From Marsupella aquatica (taxonomy: Eukaryota; Plantae; Marchantiophyta): a stretch of DNA of 64,000 nucleotides. The DNA is taken from assembly GCA_973895155.1 (NCBI GenBank), contig OZ316891.1, positions 2,989,801 through 3,053,800 on the forward strand, written 5' to 3'. The notes under the pieces are model-generated. The model had not been told where the DNA came from. It did no database searches and saw only the letters and a list, made by a program, of their open reading frames with translations. Made by a program: the position numbers and the translations under genes. Below are positions 24,194-34,711 of the stretch, in pieces. Each line of letters starts with the position of its first letter. Positions within the stretch are counted from its first letter, which is position 1.

Positions 24194-24874
24194 TCACAGC
24201 CAAGATATGTGATCTCTCACAGGAGTGCGCGAGGTAGGATCAATGGCATGGCGATGACAATAAAATATCCATCGATCAACACCATGTGCAGAGTGATCAT
24301 AGATTTCTCTGTCACAAGCATAACCCTCTGCTTGATGATCTTTCAGGCAATGATAGTGCCACATAGTGGGACACCTAGCACAGTGGACTATGTCAGTCCA
24401 GTAGTCATCATCATGCTCACCACATGCCTTGCACCTATGAAGTGGGCAAGCTGTGGCATGAGCAGGCAAACACTCAAAACAGAAAAATCTCACACAAAAA
24501 CGGTCTGGACATTTCCTAACATTTGCTGCAGCATCAACAGAGCCCTCATAGGACCCCAACTTCCCACACTGTGCACACTTAGCCTGCTTCTCCAAACAAT
24601 CAGTGCACATCCAGTCTCCCTGGTGTGTTGACGGGAGGCCCACCCCTGGACAGTTGTTTTCTGCAGCAAGGTCAGACTCCGGGTTGAGGTGGAAATGCCT
24701 CATGCAAGGGCCCTCACAAATGACCAGGCCCCCACCATCGTCACAAATGGCACAACAATGAGCTGCCTTCTGGAAAATCTGACTTGCAGAGAAGTTAGTA
24801 GCATCTGCCCCAAGTACACCTGTGTTTCTCACCTCTGTCACACGCTTTTTGGCTTGAATTTTAGGCCGTGCCAT
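24194..24874 (-). CDS. EDM2/NSD-type triple-PHD finger module, CACTA cargo
   Basis: CAICDDGG..CEGPCMRHFH..C..GL..WMCTDC..CAQCGKLGS..C...C..CPLHRCKAC..CARCP.MWH..CL..FYCHRHAID....TPVRDH follows, motif for motif, the PHD cluster of plant EDM2 (CAICDNGG..CEGSCLRSFH..CPLHKC..CRRCP..YC..H.ID...TPVRDH, from memory). Intact 226 aa. Confidence 0.85.
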   Translation of the reverse strand: MARPKIQAKKRVTEVRNTGVLGADATNFSASQIFQKAAHCCAICDDGGGLVICEGPCMRHFHLNPESDLAAENNCPGVGLPSTHQGDWMCTDCLEKQAKCAQCGKLGSYEGSVDAAANVRKCPDRFCVRFFCFECLPAHATACPLHRCKACGEHDDDYWTDIVHCARCPTMWHYHCLKDHQAEGYACDREIYDHSAHGVDRWIFYCHRHAIDPTSRTPVRDHISWL

Positions 24875-25572
24875 GCCTGCGCATGAGATAGACTCTACAA
24901 TTTAGCAGACTGCACAGAAAGTAAAATATATTTAGCATTTAAGGTACAAAGGCATTTGCTACTGCAATGAATTGGAATGGCCACACAAGGATGCAGAGCA
25001 CACATACTTTTGGTATGTTGAGCCCACACACAAAACTGATCCCCTAATACAATTTCTCCACCAACACCTCAATTTTAATTGTGGCTATGATTCACCAAAG
25101 GAGATCTGCAACAACATTTCATGCATTTGAATCACATACAATAGTCGTGACATGTAAAACAGGCATTCTTCGAAGAGGATTGGTATGAAGCAGTGTCATA
25201 AGGGTTGAAATTTATACATCCTAAATAGGTTATGATAGTGGCTGAGACAAATAAGTGAGGCATAAATCATTTTGCATATTATCACATGGCCCATTAATTC
25301 ATTCAACGTTGCAATGTTCACCAGGTTAAAGCAGTCATGAAAGCAGTCTTTCAATAGAGACTTTTATGCGAGTTTGCTAGCCTCTTAAATTAGGATATTT
25401 TGCTTAGTGCAGGCATAATAGGATATAAGTTATGTACTGTTGACCCTAAACCCTGGACCCAAAATTGCTCATACATCAAAATTTTAAGTAAATATCCTCT
25501 GTGTTGAAGTCAGAGTGTTAAGCTATAGGTCAATGGTATCTGGTCTGTGCATGCGGTGTGACAAGTGGTCCT

Positions 25573-26022
25573 CTAGAGCATGTGATCCAAACATGTGTAG
25601 ACACCAAAGTCACCGGTGGTGGGGTCTGGGAGGGCAGGACAAGTGACATCACCAGGCACACTGCAGGATGGCAAGTGGTTCCAGATGATACATTGTGCTC
25701 TGTGCAAAAATCGGCATCCAAGAGAACGGTCATCCAATTCTGGGCCAGAAGCCCTACAGGCAGGACAGTCATATTGGCAACTGTGTACACACCCTTGGCA
25801 CCTAATTTGTGGCGGGTCATGTACAAGAGACACAAATACCAAGGATGTCGGGAAGGGTACTGAAGCAGGTAGAGGCCGGCTGTAGTTGTTCCTAGAAACA
25901 ACAGGGTACTCAAAGTACCATGCAGACTGGGCTGGAAGGATCCCAAGTCTGACATACTCAAGGCGCAACATCTCTGCCTTGCGTGCAAGTCGCACATGTT
26001 CAGCGTTGCGGGTCCTCACCAT
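25573..26022 (-). CDS. Small Cys/His-rich PHD-like zinc-finger protein, CACTA cargo
   Basis: ATG-started 149 aa with CQGC..C..CPAC..C..CIIWNHLPSC..C..YTCLDH spacing. Same strand as the other cargo ORFs. Confidence 0.55.
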   Translation of the reverse strand: MVRTRNAEHVRLARKAEMLRLEYVRLGILPAQSAWYFEYPVVSRNNYSRPLPASVPFPTSLVFVSLVHDPPQIRCQGCVHSCQYDCPACRASGPELDDRSLGCRFLHRAQCIIWNHLPSCSVPGDVTCPALPDPTTGDFGVYTCLDHML

Positions 26023-27030
26023 AAGTGTTGCTTTCGTTGTGATGTCCTCTGTTCACGTCCTTTGATGAGCAAGGTGAGCAGGAGGTCGACTTGCCTCGCC
26101 AACAGCAACCACCTAAACTAATCAGTTCCCACTCATTGTCTTGGTTCCAACTACAGGTCATAGTATACACATAGCATGAAACGTGCATAGTACATATTTG
26201 ATTCTGAGTTTATGAGTTTCCTAAGACAAAGAGCTTGGTGATAAACCCATATTCTCGACGGACATGTATATCAATCATATTAAACTCCTGTTTTTTCATC
26301 CAGAAAGACCGAAAGTCTCACCTTGCAGGTTGCAGCAGAGAGAAAATTCACTGGTTGTCGTGTTGTGCAAGTGAACCTCCACTGATGCCCCGGTGTAGCC
26401 CCTCAGATGCAGGTGACACTTACCAACTCCCAAGTTGCCTGGTCTAACAGAAAATGCTTATATCTTCAGAACTTTATAGAGCAAGTACATGATCACATAC
26501 TTCTGGATCTATTCATATTTGGAACTCTTGCCAACTACAACTCCCATTATGCACAAGCTCACATCAATAGAGAAAGATACAGAATGCATACTTACTATGG
26601 CTCTAAGCACCTTCACTACCTTGTTGAACCCAGTCCTGAAGTCTTTTCAGCGTGTTTGTTGTGCTGTCTCCTTTGGCACCCAACACCTTAGTCCTTGATG
26701 TAACAGAATGCGATTTTACAAGTTAGATGCTTTGGAACCTTCTATGGTCTTAGCTGAATTGATGTCATCGTAAGTGGTGAAAGACAAGGAAGACGAAAGC
26801 TGGTTGAAGAGCTGTGGACAACACACTAGCATGAAGTGCTTCAACCAATCCACTGCCAAACGGAACTCTTACACAGTCACATTCTTTTAGTAAACAAAAA
26901 CTCAGTCAAACTTCAGAATCAAAGTACAGACTCTGAAGGACCAAAGGAGGATGTTGTGAGTTTCTCTGTTGTTTAATGTGTTACCCTTCTAGTTTCGAAG
27001 TTAGCAAATGCTGAATAATGTGTCTACCAA

Positions 27031-27373
27031 ATCTTCAAAAAGAAGCCCACCACAATTAAGAACTTCGGTATCTGGGTCCACGTATCAGAGTCGTACAGGT
27101 TATCACAACATGTACAAGGAATATTGTGATACCACAAGAAACGGAGCTGCAGAGCAGATGTATGATGAGATGGCTTCTTGTCATAGAGTTCGGTTCCCTT
27201 GCATCTAGATCATGAAGACTACGACAGTCCCTGTCTCTCTGTGCAAGCGAGAAAGTACCAAGCAGTTCCATGATTCAAAGATCAAGTTCCCCTTGACGTA
27301 CTGCAAGATTCAACCTCCATTGCGAAAGCTAAAGAAGACTTACAAGGCCACCAAGCCCAACACAATTGTTTGA
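27031..27373 (+). pseudogene. RPL18A: Captured C-terminal fragment of 60S ribosomal protein L18a (eL20)
   Basis: Translates [16 protein letters not shown]/(frameshift)[70 protein letters not shown]...KTYKATKPN, matching the plant L18a C-terminal two-thirds. One frameshift and one stop. Confidence 0.92.
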
Positions 27374-28563
27374 GTAGTGCGGGTGCAGGTTCCCAATTTT
27401 GAGACAATTTGGCTCATTTTATGTCCCGAGGGAATCCTGGAGTTTATGTATTGAGTTTCTAGGTGAAGATGCTTAATATAAGGAAATTCAATTATCACTT
27501 CGTTCCCAACTTCTATTAATTGAAAATACACAAGCTGGAAGCAAGAAGACAAGCCACAATCTAGCATCTTAGCCAAACACAATCGTCCCGACAAAGCAAA
27601 ACTCAGTTGGACAGAAGTCACTCGGATCCACAAAAAATTGAAGATTCACCTCCAAGCCGGAGGCTGATCACTTCAGTACAGCAGCTTCTAGACTGAACAA
27701 ACTCTGCTCAGCCCCACAGAAACACAAATGTTAAGGCTCCAAGTCAGAGCTCACAAACAGAAACTCAGATAAATAACATTCAAAATCTGTCCAGGTTTGT
27801 GCAAAGTGTACATATTCATTCTTCTGGAATGAACACGCAATGCATACATCACCTAGACACAGTCATTATAAATCATTGGGCGATTGGGGACCACTAAGCA
27901 GGTGTGTTCCTATTTCGAGGCTACAGGAAAGGATAGAGTGACACCAAACTCAAGAGTACACCAAAAGAAAAACAGCAAGAACCAAAGTCAATCATGTGTG
28001 GATAAACTGCACATGGGAAGTTCCCCTGAAGAAGCATCAGTTGCTAACATTGTCACCCGAACCACACCTAGTTTATGACCTCAATGTCTTCAGCCTCAAT
28101 ACCTAATCCTCAGCCCCCTGGTGCTTCCGTGTTTGTTCTGAAAATTTCTGTGATGAAATAATTATTCAATACATTCAATAGGAGTTCAGACAATCTGAAG
28201 AGGACTTTGGACTTGAATGGGGGACAGCGTGGCCATATAGTTATCCTTGTGGCCTTCAGCTACGTGTCTCACGCTGAATTTCACTTTCCAGTTTCGAGAG
28301 TTGTGAAGGTCTAGTTTTAGTAACTTCCTCCTGACTCGACTTGGGAGCATTCTCTGTATTATTTTGCTAGCTTGTAGTTAGCTTTGACTCCTTTCAGCTT
28401 AGTTGACGACCCTCTTGAGATATTAACAATTAGAACAAACACAAGTTGTCAAGACAGATTCCACCGGAGCAAAAAGTCCAAAACCAGGTGAATGAAAACC
28501 TAAGGAGAGTCCATAAGAACGAAAGTAGGAAGGCAGGCGCACGGGCCACCGAGAAAAGTAAAG

Positions 28564-28724
28564 GATGCATGTCATTAGTGGGGAGGGATCTTAGCAAAAG
28601 CAGGGGAAAGCAAGGGAACTTGCGGCTAAAATCAGCTGAAAGATGCATGTGATTAGTGGGAGGGATCTTAGCAAAAACAGGGGAAAGCAAGGGAACTTGC
28701 GGCTAAAATCAGCTGAAAGATGCA
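28564..28724. repeat. Tandem duplication, ~78-bp unit x2
   Basis: gatgcatgt(c/g)attagtggg(g)agggatcttagcaaaa..cggctaaaatcagctgaaa repeated at 28564 and 28642. Confidence 0.9.
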
Positions 28725-30027
28725 CAGTTCCTAGAAATGTAGTGAACCTTAAGGTCGTCTGTTCACCCCCCCACCCCACCGCCGGGCACAAGGCATGTTC
28801 TGATACAGGGAGGAGCAAAACAATCATGTCAAGCAAGAAGTGTGGAGAGACCAATCTGTAAGCAAAAATAGGGGAGAACATACATACATCAGCAGCAACA
28901 GGAAACAAGAAAGATGAGTTTGGAAAGCATCTTAGGGTCGGGGACATCACTGCAACACCGGGACTTAGGATATGACTTGTTCTTAATCTGTTGATAGCAT
29001 CCGGTAGGCCGGCAACCCATGGCAAAAGGGCAGAGCAGCAATAACAGTTTGAATCTGACGGATGAAGCTCCAGGCAAATGAGCTCCAGGCGATTGGGTGC
29101 ATGATTGAGCAGGCGATTGTAACAGCAGGCACCAGGTAATTTAAAGGAAGCAACATTCGGCAATGGACCTAGGCAGCTCACAAATTTTGCTTAGCAGCGA
29201 TGTCACCTAGACCCTAAACACGCAATGCATACATCACCTAGACAACTATACTTGCAGTCACGAGGTGAGTCCGCGTCGATAGGGGATTGCAGCCTTACCT
29301 GTGCCGATGTAGCACCAAGCCGCCCTAACTGAAGCTGCGTAGCAATCCGCAGCAATCGCTCAATGCAAAACAAGTCCCCGGTTGGCCTTGCAGCCCGATC
29401 ATCCACCTTCAACCCTGCCACCAAGCAATGAGCTCTCCGCTGTTGCTCACCCTAAACCTTCAACACTCCCGCAAAGTTGTGTCTGCCCACAAGATTGGGT
29501 GCGTGATTGATTCGGCAATTGTAACAGCAGGCAACCGCAATCGGTCGTAGGTCATGGATACACAAGCTCCAATGTGCTCCCTTTAGCTGAAACAATACCA
29601 GTTGTCGCTCACCACCAACACTTTCAGCAACAACACATGTTTGTTGTAGTCTGCACCTTAAACCTTAGCCATGGGGTGGTCAATCAAGTTCCGCAATGCC
29701 TAAAACACCGACCACCTGACTTACATGAAATGTGCACACAGCTAAGCTCACCTGCAGCTCACGCCAACCACATTGAGACAACTGAAGTGAATACTGCCGT
29801 AGCTGAACTCGACTCCTCGCGACTCTTTCGCGCCTCCGTAGACTGCCTTACTCAAGTTGTCATTTTTGTATATTGAATCCCTAAACAACCCAATAAGTAG
29901 ACAATTCATGCACGTAGCTCCTTCAATGGTTGACAGTGAATATATTCAGAGTCAAAAGCAAAGCTTGGACATGTGACTATGCTAGACGTTTACACGGGGG
30001 AGGATCTAGTTCACTTATGAGACCGCA

Positions 30028-30112
30028 TCTCAAACAGCTCAACTCTCTGTAACCGTAGCTCAAAGAGCTCAACTCTCAGTGACCCCAGCTCAAACAGGTC
30101 AACTCTCAGTGC
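30028..30112. repeat. Tandem repeat, 30-bp unit x~3
   Basis: ctcaaacagctcaactctc... repeated with period 30. Confidence 0.8.
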
Positions 30113-33100
30113 CCGCACTTGAAACTCAATTTGCTGAAACTCAGAAGGTCAAAGTGACTATTGCATGAGTAAGAACACCCTTTACCTCACTGGTGCCGAA
30201 AGCTCTCACAGGGGCTGTCACATTTCTCAGAAGTACTCTGTCACTAAACAAGAAACATGTGAAACTTGACTCCAGCTCCGGCTCCAAGTAAACAAGCTGG
30301 ACTGCCGCGACAAGTTCCTGGTTCCTAATCCTAGTTTGCAGCTGAACGTTGAAGCAACTCTCATAAAGCTTTTTATCCATTGGCAATCACTACCTTATCA
30401 TTTCAGCCTTATTATCTCATTGTGCAAACCTGGATGTCACGGGGCATCTTGGGAGGTGAATGCAGCTAAGCAAAAGCTACAACATCTATTGCAAGCCGGT
30501 TCATGCAGATGGCAAGTTAAAGTCAAGCTTGAAATACACTTACAGCTGGCCGAATGTCAATAGCGCTCACTGTAAAAGGTTGAGATGTTGTCAATGACGG
30601 TAGCGCATTTTCTTATCCCTTCCACCTCACCAGTTGTAGCCCACACTCATGTTTAGAAAAATTTGCGCTGGTGAAACTTGGCCGGAACCTGAGTCAAAAA
30701 CAGCTTCACAGCACAGAGAAGTCAACCAAACTTGCAGCCGCGAGGTCACATAGCAAAGATAGGGGATTGCAGCCTTACATGGGCTGATGCAGCACCAAGC
30801 CGCTCAAACTGAAGCTGCGTAGTAATCCGTAGCAGTATGTGAAGCTGAGCAACAATCCCCCGCTATTGCAATGTGATGGCAACTCAATCTTCAACTCACT
30901 TCCAACCCAGCTCCACTTGAAAGCCTCCTAGTCGGACTGCAATGTACATCCAAAGGCGATCAATGCAATGTCTCCAGGCCTGGAGTCCCACTTTGCAAGA
31001 ACAGTCCAAATGCACACCAAACCGCAATGAGAAGCTCCTGGTTCTCGATCCCAGGTTGCAGCTGAACGTCAAATTGACTCTCCCAGCTTGAAGGAACAAG
31101 TGCCTCCTACAGTGCCTTGCGCAGTGGCAAACGCCTCCTGCAGTGCCTCCCACAGTGCCTATGATCAATGCTAAACACATACAATGGCTGAATGTTGCCT
31201 ACGACTCACATTCTGTTTTGTCTATGCAACACCCTAAACTCGCTCTTCTTGCCTCCTACTACTCCCATTGCAGTCGGGATTGCAATTTGTCAATGCAGCT
31301 TCAGCCTTAGTGATCGACAAACTGCCCCCTTTTTTCCCTCGCAAAGAATGCGCGATCAGCTCCTCGTCCGCAAATCCAAAGGAATCCAAGGCGCAATGGG
31401 AGTTGGCGTGAAGGAATCCATTAAACCCTAAACCTGGTTTAATGTGCCCATATTTGTTTTCAACCGTCAGATCATCCTTTGATTAAGTTTACGACCGTCA
31501 GATCCTTGCTTGATTAATTAAGGTAAGGACTGTCACAAGTTCTTATGCTCATTCCATGAGCATAGTGTGTGGGGTGCCATTATCAGATATGTCTAATTAT
31601 AACATGTAGACATGCCAAGTACATGGAGGTTCCAGCTGCATTCCCAGTTCTTGGTGATTTTGAACCTTTAATTAAAGGAATCTAGATGGAACAATGTGTG
31701 GAGGGGGTACATGACGGTATGTATGCATGGCATGGCGTGCAATAAGTAAAAATAACCTGCCCTTGCATATGTGAGAGTTAGAGATAACCAAGGAGATAAC
31801 TTCAAATGTACCCATTTAGACACAAAAATGAGTCCAATTAATATTACATGCATGCCATTGTGGGACCCTAGCTAGTTGGGATTATTTTGTTATGTTGTAA
31901 CACTTGTAAACTTGTGGCATACATATGTTGTAATTCAGTCTACTCTAATGTAGAGTATATATTTGAGATCTGTTAGCATTGACATTGACCAAGGACCTTT
32001 ACTTACCTTGTAGAGTTGCGTACTCACACAATATCCCGAGGGCATCTCCTTTAGTCCCATTGACAACTAAGAAAATTAGGATATATCCTAAATGGTATGT
32101 GTTGGGCGGGGTCAAATGTGGTTAGATTGTGGTGTTAAACCCTAAGGCTCTCTTACATATATAACGCTCTATTGTAGAGGGAGTCACTTATACAACTTCA
32201 TTCTTGTTGGCTGAACTTAGTTATAGTTGCAACTTCCCCAATAGTTATAGAAATGACTTCCCAAGAATTCTCCAAAACTCAGTCCACAACTTGTAACTAT
32301 AATGACACCCAAAACCTAGGAGTCACAAATTTTGCAAGGTCTCATTAGAGTCACTTAAGGCAGGGTCTCAGAATGGGCCGGTTTCTTCTAGTGGAGAGAC
32401 CACTTGACTTGGCTATTGCTGGATGACACCTCCAGCGCTAGCAACAAAACAAGTGGATCAGCACCAACAGGCTGAGCTAAATGAATCCAACATTGCACAT
32501 CTCACATTTTGGACTTTTTAATGAAGTGGGCACCTCACTGCGCTGTCAACCATAGCTCAGACACACCTCGCTACAGTGAGCTATCGATCGACTTTGTGAT
32601 TGCATAGTAAATTTGGATCTTGCTTTTTCAGTTCAGCCATACATGGTTTTGTCCTTATACTTTCGTACACGATGACACCTCCAAAACTAACTAAGTTAAC
32701 TTATTTTTTGAAGACTGATTAAGTTAATTGCAATTTCAAAGTTAGGGCCTGCACAAGGATGTCTGTGTTTTTTCCACTTTGAGTGAATCATGTGTATGGT
32801 AAGAGACCATAACTATGAAAGACTAAAGATTCCAAGCAGACTGTTGCCTGGAGTAAAACAACATGCATGCATTGGAGTATGAAAATACATATATGGCTCA
32901 AATTATGTATTTGTTTCTGCTCTTAACAAAGGTCATCTTAAGTCGTGTGCCTAACCCATACATTTGTACAATTACAAATGTGACTGGAAATTGGGCAGTT
33001 GAATGATATCATTCTCAGTCCCCACCACTGTCACGTAAGATACAGGTATTCGAATGTGAATTCAGGCTATATGCAGACAAGACAATATAAAGGGCCACAT

Positions 33101-33377
33101 GTATGCTATGTGTATACTGAAGTAGGCTGTCGCTCTACTTTCATCAATGTAATTACATGAACACATGGTGAAAATAATTTGACTGAAGAGTATATGGTTT
33201 GTCCTATAACTCCGTGTTAGGATTTACTGCATGTATTGACTTTTGATCTTGTCATGTGTGCCACAATCAAGGAGCTAGAGTGCACTTTGTGTCATCAGAG
33301 AGCATTGGACTGAAGCATTGAGGGACAGGCAACGCGGGCACTGGTATTTCTCTATTGGCTTTATTACAGGAGGCATC

Positions 33378-34303
33378 ATGCCTTCCAAATGGAAGCGTGA
33401 ACCTGTCCCCCTTCCAACTTCCCAGTGTGCTCCCATCTTCCAAGGGGTCAGAGTTTTTTTTGTCCCAGGTATTCAGAGTGCAAGATTGGATATCCTTAGG
33501 AGAAAACTCATTGAGTGTCATGGTACAGAGACACAATCTCAACTACAGGACACTGAAGTCACCCATATTATTGCAGAAACATGGGAACATTGTCTGAAAA
33601 TGGCATCTTGGTCAATTTTCTATGACAAAGTCTTCTTGAGGCATGTCAAAATACTTTCAGCAGAATGGATGTCTGACTCCCTTAGAAAAGGGAGTGTCCA
33701 AGATCGTGATGATTACAATTTGTTTGAGAGCAAGTACAATAGCGTCCAAATGATGAAAGACAGTTGAGATTGGCACAAGGCTCGTAGAATTGCAGGGAGA
33801 GATGGGAGTAGGGTTCCGTCTATTGACCAGATCACAAAAGTATACAACAACATTATCCCATATGAGACAGAACCCATCCCAGACCGTACCATGTTCAGAG
33901 GTGTGAGGGCTGTTATACTTGACAAGTCTATCAAGCCATATAGGGTCTGTCGTTTCAAGAGGGAGATCAGTAGAAGAGGTGGTACAGTGATTGAGAAGCT
34001 CACTAATGAGACCACCCATCTCATTGCTCATTCATATTCTAAGGCATGCCGAGAGTATGGAAAGTCCACAGTACGATGGCTCATCACACATGGGCTGCGT
34101 GTGGTCTGCCCTGAATGGGTCAGGCAGTCACTTTCAACAATTATGCGATTAGATGAGCATTAATATGATTTATATGAAATATGGCCAACAAAGCCATTCA
34201 TTCCCTAGACGACCCAGAATATGTTACTTTTGAGTTCCAGACCACGGATGAAGAGTTTTTTGATAGTGCGTATGATTCTATTAGCCCTAATGATTATGAA
34301 TAA
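33378..34303 (+). pseudogene. Tandem BRCT gene of CACTA 2 (premature stops)
   Basis: IFQGVRVFFVPGIQSARLDILRRKL..VTHIIA..ILSAEWMSDSL..YNL and MFRGV..GGTVIEKLTNETTHLIA..VVCPEWVRQSL..*YDLYEIWP are in one frame. Stops at 33765 (TGA) and 34161 (TAA); a further lesion near 34206 precedes an acidic tail like that of 22729-23601. Confidence 0.82.
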
Positions 34304-34711
34304 GGTCTCAAGTGTCTGTATGCTAGACGGTTACATTTTTGAAATAAACTTTTGTGTGTTATTTTTTGTCTACAAGACATTACTCCTTTTCATCCTCCAA
34401 ATGTCTTGGTTTTGCATGTGGAGATGTATGGTAGTGTATGATGTATGTTGTACCATTGACTGGTCAACGACCAAGCACTTCACTGATTATAGCAAGTCTG
34501 TTATGATGTTGCTGCCTGCAGTGAGCAGATGATACGTGAGCAGGTCGGGCGCCAGCACAGAGCGGACTTGATAGTGAGTGTGTTTAGCGTCTGTGATATT
34601 TCCTTCATGAAACTTGCATGTGCCCCCTCCATGTACTTAGAATATGCAATTGTATAAGCCTGTCTAGTGCAAAGGGTACATAGCCAAGGGGTGCCTACGA
34701 CAGCTGAAGGT

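Larger units (their letters stand above)
13846..32393 (-). mobile_element. CACTA (En/Spm) DNA transposon 1, ~18.5 kb, with cargo genes
   Basis: TIRs CACTAGAAGAATCCG (13846) and rc CACTAGAAGAAACCG (ends 32393), 14/15 identical, both followed 7 nt later by CTGAGACC. TGACT/AGTCA-rich subterminal repeats. TnpD- and TnpA-like genes inside. Flanking trinucleotides differ (TCA vs GAG). Confidence 0.88.

Noticed and set aside
24194-24874. Host EDM2 gene
   Set aside because: Only the PHD cluster is present, it is intronless and it lies within CACTA TIRs, so no gene symbol was assigned.
28430-29424. ORFs of 62-196 aa in the CACTA 5' region
   Set aside because: They span tandem duplications, have low-information composition and show no recognisable domain.
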